Shown piece after piece: positions 59,137 through 64,000 of a stretch of 64,000 nucleotides of DNA; the stretch's first letter is position 1; every line of letters begins with the position of its first letter. Both the position numbers and the translations under genes were made by a program. The notes under the pieces were generated by a model that made no database searches, had not been told where the DNA came from, and worked only from the letters and a program-made list of their open reading frames with translations. The stretch comes from Candidatus Bathyarchaeota archaeon (GTDB lineage Archaea > Thermoproteota > Bathyarchaeia > Bathyarchaeales > Bathycorpusculaceae), in assembly GCA_963733095.1 (NCBI GenBank), contig CAVTBV010000006.1, positions 1-64,000 on the forward strand, read 5' to 3'.

Positions 59137-60009
59137 TTAAACCGACTTAATACCTTGTTTCTTTTCTACTTTCTTTGCGTTTCTTAGAAAAACCAAAGCT
59201 GCAAAGGCAACCGCAACAATCACCACTACACTTACACCAACATAAACTAACCATGACGAATCTGAAGATACCGTGGAAGGTGTGGTGGACACGGATGAGG
59301 GTAAGTTAAATTGCTGTGTTGAAGTTTGAACTAAAAGAGAGTAGCTTGAAATTTTTACCACCAATTTAGGTGACGCATCAAACTCACTGACCGTGAAGTT
59401 CGCAGAGTTATTTGGACTTAAAGGTCCCTTTAAGATAACAAATCCCACTGCAACTACAATACCCGCATTGTTATAGTAAGTCCCAACTACCTTGATGTCG
59501 TTCGCCGTTTGACTACCACTATTAGTTATTGACCCCGAAACCACGTAACCATCGTTAACAATACCATTGGAGGTAACAATCGAGGAAAGACCGGGATACT
59601 GAATATAATTTGCTGGAGGATGATTAGAAACATTGAAGCCAAAAGTGAGAGCGTTTGGAATAGTGTTAAAATCGATTTTGCCAAAATCAAGATAAAAAGG
59701 CGCTTTTTGCTCTGGGAGAAAATCATTTACATAAGCAATCGTGGTGCCACTTAAAAATTGTGACCCATTAACCGCAGAAACTACAACATCCAAAGACGCA
59801 TTCCCCAAAACATGATTGCCAGTGTTCTGCACTTCACCAACTACAATAAAATGACCACCTGAACTAATATAACTACTATGACTCAAAACAGTAACGCCAG
59901 TATATGCTGCTTGAACAAAAACGTTTGAACTCGACACTAAGCTAAAAACAAAAACAGTGCAAACTATTACTGCGACAATGGGCGTCTTATCCATGCGAAG
60001 AAGCACCAT
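59137..60009 (-). CDS. FxLYD-domain surface protein
   Basis: Signal peptide, VVGEVQNTG, APFYLDF, second domain VSGSITNSG..TYYN, C-terminal TM. Confidence 0.82.
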   Translation of the reverse strand: MVLLRMDKTPIVAVIVCTVFVFSLVSSSNVFVQAAYTGVTVLSHSSYISSGGHFIVVGEVQNTGNHVLGNASLDVVVSAVNGSQFLSGTTIAYVNDFLPEQKAPFYLDFGKIDFNTIPNALTFGFNVSNHPPANYIQYPGLSSIVTSNGIVNDGYVVSGSITNSGSQTANDIKVVGTYYNNAGIVVAVGFVILKGPLSPNNSANFTVSEFDASPKLVVKISSYSLLVQTSTQQFNLPSSVSTTPSTVSSDSSWLVYVGVSVVVIVAVAFAALVFLRNAKKVEKKQGIKSV

Positions 60010-60337
60010 TCAATCCATTAGCATTTAAGAACTATTAAAGGTCTTTTGCTTTTATTGTTCCACAAAAGATGAAATTTACATTTAATAGCATGAGTTGATC
60101 GTCTTGGCCATGCCATTCGTTAATTTAAGCAAGACCAGAGTTTCACCAAGATTATGAATTGATGTTACAATGCTGTATTAATTTAAGCCTTTCATCAGAC
60201 TTACAGTTTTGAAATTATGTTAAGCTTTTCATTTTTGTTTTGGGGTAAATTTGAGGGCAGACTGGCTAAAAATACTGTATATTTGAGGAAGCATCAACCT
60301 CGAATTGAAAAATTACTTCAAATTAAGGGGGTAAGTC

Positions 60338-60553
60338 ATTTCGGAAAATGTTTCTAGACGCTTAGAATTGTTAAAGCTCGAAGGATTGGGCTTCTCGCAA
60401 GCAGAGATTGTGAAGGAATTGAGCCAAAAAGTGTCATGTACTGAGCGCACAATTTACTATGATTGTGCCTTAGCCCTTTATTCCGTCAACATATTTTCTT
60501 CTTATCTTCAAAAAACTAAAGGAATCTGCATACTAACTGGACTAAAAACATAA
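60338..60553 (+). pseudogene. truncated HTH protein fragment
   Basis: ATT where ATG is expected after GGGGG; RRLELLKLEGLGFSQAEIVKELS..CTERTIYYD then sequence degenerates. Confidence 0.5.
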
Positions 60554-60653
60554 ATTGAACTATAGTATAATACGGACCCATAGTTTTCTGGAGACATATC
60601 CCGCAAACCCCTTTTTTTAATGATATAAAACAATGCACGCTGGACTAATGCGC

Positions 60654-61463
60654 TTAAGCTGAATCCCAACTTCTTTGAAATGAGTTCAGTGCAAAACCAA
60701 CTAGGCACGGATGATTTGTTAGTATTAATGGCGATTCTACAATACTTCTATCGGGGTAGTAGCTGAAGCTTAAGTTTTTTTGGTCAAAAATCACTGAGTT
60801 TACTCGAAAACGTCCGACAACTTTTTTTACTATAGTGTTTTCATTTTTATGCGCTTCTTTTATTTCGCGGGGTAGGTCTTGCGAGGCGTTAGGTATTCCA
60901 AGGAGTATTCTGTATTTTACACCTCTTTCTATGGCTTTCTTATAATTTTCCATACATTCACTAGCAATGTAAAGAAATCTTGGTAAAAATGATATAATAT
61001 CGATAGATAAATTAGCTGAGTCATGCTGCTGCTTGATTTTTGCTATAATTCTTCTCCTCCCTTCGATTGAAGTTATATTGTATTCCGTTTCTGGGTCTGG
61101 CTCCTGGTTGCTTTCAAACTTCAGAGAAAATTTTTCTAGGGTTTTTTGCATTTGTTTAATGTCATGGAGTTTGTGGTCGATAAAGGCTTTTAATCCCAGG
61201 GAGGGAGGAACCGCGATGAATTTTAATGGGCAACTTAATTCTCTATCGACCAAACCGTTTTCCTGAAGTTCATTCAATGCTCTATAGACTTCTGTTCTTG
61301 GGGAATTTGACCAGTGGGCGATAATGCGAGCTTCAGCTTTGCCATAAAGCAAAAGAGTAAAGTATATGTTGGCCTGCATCCGGGTTAGACCAAGCTGGAT
61401 TAAGTACTGTAAGCCTTCGTTTTTCGATGTTTTTGCATCCATTGCATTCTCCAAATTTTGCAA
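60654..61463 (-). CDS. TrmB-family transcriptional regulator
   Basis: LGLT..QANIY, RTEVYRALNELQENGLV, IEGR, IFDQK effector domain. Confidence 0.9.
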   Translation of the reverse strand: MQNLENAMDAKTSKNEGLQYLIQLGLTRMQANIYFTLLLYGKAEARIIAHWSNSPRTEVYRALNELQENGLVDRELSCPLKFIAVPPSLGLKAFIDHKLHDIKQMQKTLEKFSLKFESNQEPDPETEYNITSIEGRRRIIAKIKQQHDSANLSIDIISFLPRFLYIASECMENYKKAIERGVKYRILLGIPNASQDLPREIKEAHKNENTIVKKVVGRFRVNSVIFDQKNLSFSYYPDRSIVESPLILTNHPCLVGFALNSFQRSWDSA

Positions 61464-61714
61464 GAAATCTCCAAGACTCTTATCGTTAATTTCGGTATAT
61501 TAAATTAACTAATGATAGCTCGCTATGAGATCCTAAACTAGGCAAGTGTAGAAACCTAACATCCGTGTCTTTAAGCAAAATGTCACCTCTCAGTATAACT
61601 ATCAAGTTTACAGTTTTCTGTATTATTAAAGTGTTAAGACAAAATTATATTAGCCTATCTTGGGAAATAGAAAATCGTCTATATTCTTATAGACCTAAAA
61701 AGAAGGAGAAAAAA

Positions 61715-64000
61715 ATGTCGTTAATAAAGAAAAAAACGCAACTTTCTACGATTGCTTTGATTCTACTGTTGACATTGTCTGCTACAACTCTTGTAACTGA
61801 ATTTAAAGTGCACGCACAAGTAATTGATATTCCAACATTCTTATTTGTAACCGCTTCACCTGACCCTGTAGGCGTTGGCCAAAACGTTTATGTCGGCATC
61901 ACTTTCAGCAAACCCACACCAACAGGCGCGGGTTACACAGGCGATCTCTATGAAGACATAACCCTCGAAATAACAGACCCTTCCGGAGATAAAACCACTT
62001 ACGGACCATACCTCGCAAGCCCGGTCGCAGGCGTAGTGTTTAGCTTTACACCCGATAAAGTCGGCAATTACACTTTGCAAGCCTTTTATCCTGGACAAGT
62101 ATTAACAGGCAATAATCCAAATAATCCCACCCTCAGTAGCAGTAGCCGAAATCTGATTGGCAGTAAAATGTTGCCGTCTGAAAGCAACATAAAGACCCTG
62201 ATAGTAAGGACAGAGCCAATAGAACCAATATATCAGACTCCTCCTCTTCCAACTGAATTCTGGACGCGTCCAATATATGCAACTAACTGGCAATGGGGAA
62301 CAATAGGGTCTAACTGGTTTGGAGTAGGCGGTCAAGGGGCATACGATGCTAGCGGAAACGTCTTGCCATCTGGTCCAGCACCAAACTCTGCCCATATCAT
62401 GTGGACGAAACCAACCCAATTCGGAGGCCAACCAGGATCACCCATCGCCAGCGATTCATCCACTGCTTACAGTTCGGTCTCGCTAATTCAATCGTACTTT
62501 CACCCAATATGTATCCTCAACGGAATACTCTATTACAATGTATATGACGGTAGTCCAAATTCTAACGTGTTAGGCTGGAGAGCCGTAGACGTTCACACAG
62601 GAGAAGTACTGTGGGACAAACCTGCGGGTAAATCAGGCATCGAGACAATTGCATGGGGTCAAATAGTGAACTACAATAACTATCAGGAGTTCGGATCAAA
62701 TGCATTCCTATATAGTTCGCCGGGAGCCGGCGGGGCCTTCTCCTTTGCAGCGAACTGGATGGGAATATACGATGCATATACTGGAAACTTTTTGGCAAAC
62801 GTTACTAACACTAGAACTGTATCTCGTCTACTTGATGATGAGTCAGACATACAAGGAACAATAATCGGCTACTACGTTTCTCAAGGCAACCTTTGCCTAT
62901 ACAACTACACAAGGCTACTAGCCCCATCTGGTGCTTTTGTTCGCGCAACAGGTACAATTAACGGTTCCATGCCATCGGCTACAGAGTGGCAATCGCCACT
63001 TCCAACTACATTCAACGGTGACAACATCAGCCTTAGCATTGCTGCAGTAACCCCTGAAGTAATACTTATGCGTCAAGTGCCCGGGGCGGTTTCGTATCAA
63101 GGAATGACTTTGGGCTATCAATACGTCGCAGGCTACGATGCAAAGACAGGCGCTAAACTGTGGGGACCAATAAACCAAACTCTACCCGCATATGAAGATA
63201 CAAGTGTACTTTGCGCGCGAGAGGGCTACTATGTGATGCATAACAAGGATAGGGATTTGGCTTGGGGCTATAGTCTGACAAACGGTCAATTGTTATGGGG
63301 TCCAGTTCAACTACCCGGAGGCGGTGATAGTGCTGTTTGGCGTGATGGTGAAATCGCTTATGGCAAAGTCTACATCTTCGACCTCGGAGGCTACATAAAC
63401 GCCATCGACCTTGAGACAGGAAAGATCGCATGGACATATTATGCTGGAGACGCAGGCTATGACACTCCTTTCGAAAGCTATCCAATTTTCGGCTACAATC
63501 GACATAGTATTGCAGATGGAAAACTATTCCTCTCAGAAGGCATCATGTACACTCCGCCATTACATCCGAGCTATCGACTTGCCATAAACTGCACTGATGG
63601 AAGTCTAGTATGGAAAATACTAATGTACAGCAGTACAACTAGTGGTCCTGTAGGCGACGGCTACTTGATTTCATGGAATAGCTTTGATAACCAGATATAC
63701 AGCTTCGGCATGGGACCAAGTGTCACCACAGTTACAGCGTCTCCGAAGGTTTCGGTACATGGCAGCAGCGTACTCATTGAGGGTATGGTCATGGACACAT
63801 CTGGTGGCACGACGCAGGACATAATCACAACACGGTTTGCAGATGGTCTTCCATGTGTATCTGATGATAGCATGGAAGCGTGGATGGAATACGCATACCA
63901 GCAGCAGATTAAACCGACAAACGCAACAGGCGTCCCAATCAGCATCGCGGTTATCGATTCAAACGGTAACTACCGCAGTATTGGAAACACAGTCAGCGAC
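61715..64000 (+). CDS. PQQ-like beta-propeller surface protein (partial, runs off window)
   Basis: Absent from ORF track because it has no stop in the window; AGGAG then MSLIKKKTQ signal peptide, PDPVGVGQ, LPTEFWTRPI, repeated xTGxxLW blade motifs, PCVSDDSMEAWMEY. Confidence 0.9.
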   Translation, partial: MSLIKKKTQLSTIALILLLTLSATTLVTEFKVHAQVIDIPTFLFVTASPDPVGVGQNVYVGITFSKPTPTGAGYTGDLYEDITLEITDPSGDKTTYGPYLASPVAGVVFSFTPDKVGNYTLQAFYPGQVLTGNNPNNPTLSSSSRNLIGSKMLPSESNIKTLIVRTEPIEPIYQTPPLPTEFWTRPIYATNWQWGTIGSNWFGVGGQGAYDASGNVLPSGPAPNSAHIMWTKPTQFGGQPGSPIASDSSTAYSSVSLIQSYFHPICILNGILYYNVYDGSPNSNVLGWRAVDVHTGEVLWDKPAGKSGIETIAWGQIVNYNNYQEFGSNAFLYSSPGAGGAFSFAANWMGIYDAYTGNFLANVTNTRTVSRLLDDESDIQGTIIGYYVSQGNLCLYNYTRLLAPSGAFVRATGTINGSMPSATEWQSPLPTTFNGDNISLSIAAVTPEVILMRQVPGAVSYQGMTLGYQYVAGYDAKTGAKLWGPINQTLPAYEDTSVLCAREGYYVMHNKDRDLAWGYSLTNGQLLWGPVQLPGGGDSAVWRDGEIAYGKVYIFDLGGYINAIDLETGKIAWTYYAGDAGYDTPFESYPIFGYNRHSIADGKLFLSEGIMYTPPLHPSYRLAINCTDGSLVWKILMYSSTTSGPVGDGYLISWNSFDNQIYSFGMGPSVTTVTASPKVSVHGSSVLIEGMVMDTSGGTTQDIITTRFADGLPCVSDDSMEAWMEYAYQQQIKPTNATGVPISIAVIDSNGNYRSIGNTVSD

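Noticed and set aside
61856-63945. Several minus-strand ORFs in the track
   Set aside because: Antisense shadows of the long plus-strand propeller gene
1-64000. CRISPR array, rRNA, intact transposase or integrase
   Set aside because: No regularly spaced repeats, rRNA signatures or recombinase motifs found by eye

Overview
Archaeal chromosomal window, most consistent with Candidatus Bathyarchaeia (inferred from the EF-2 paralog lacking the diphthamide loop, the HdrCB-MvhGA cluster, tandem AORs, and PQQ-propeller/NosD/FxLYD surface proteins). From left to right: an AT-rich urease accessory block (ureEFGD) with an aquaporin; an accessory island (about 4.3-20 kb) containing a tightly coupled SNF2 helicase / multi-zinc-finger protein / Mrr-like nuclease operon, a minimal PolX, degenerate PLD-like and RNase H-like proteins, an IS200/IS605-type end hairpin and several broken genes; a mostly housekeeping core (lsrF-like aldolase, hdrC-hdrB-mvhG-mvhA-hycI, purE/purC/purP/purP, EF-2 paralog, OGG1-type glycosylase, tRNA-Ile2(CAT), two prenyltransferases, peptidases, duplicated AOR+4Fe-4S operons); and a right-hand variable region with orphan tRNA 3'-end fragments (att-like scars) and surface proteins, ending in a PQQ-like beta-propeller gene that runs off the window. 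The best candidate for an undescribed system is the SNF2 + Zn-finger + Mrr-like operon with its adjacent mini-PolX. No CRISPR array or rRNA was seen. All family assignments are from motif recognition by eye; no database searches were run.
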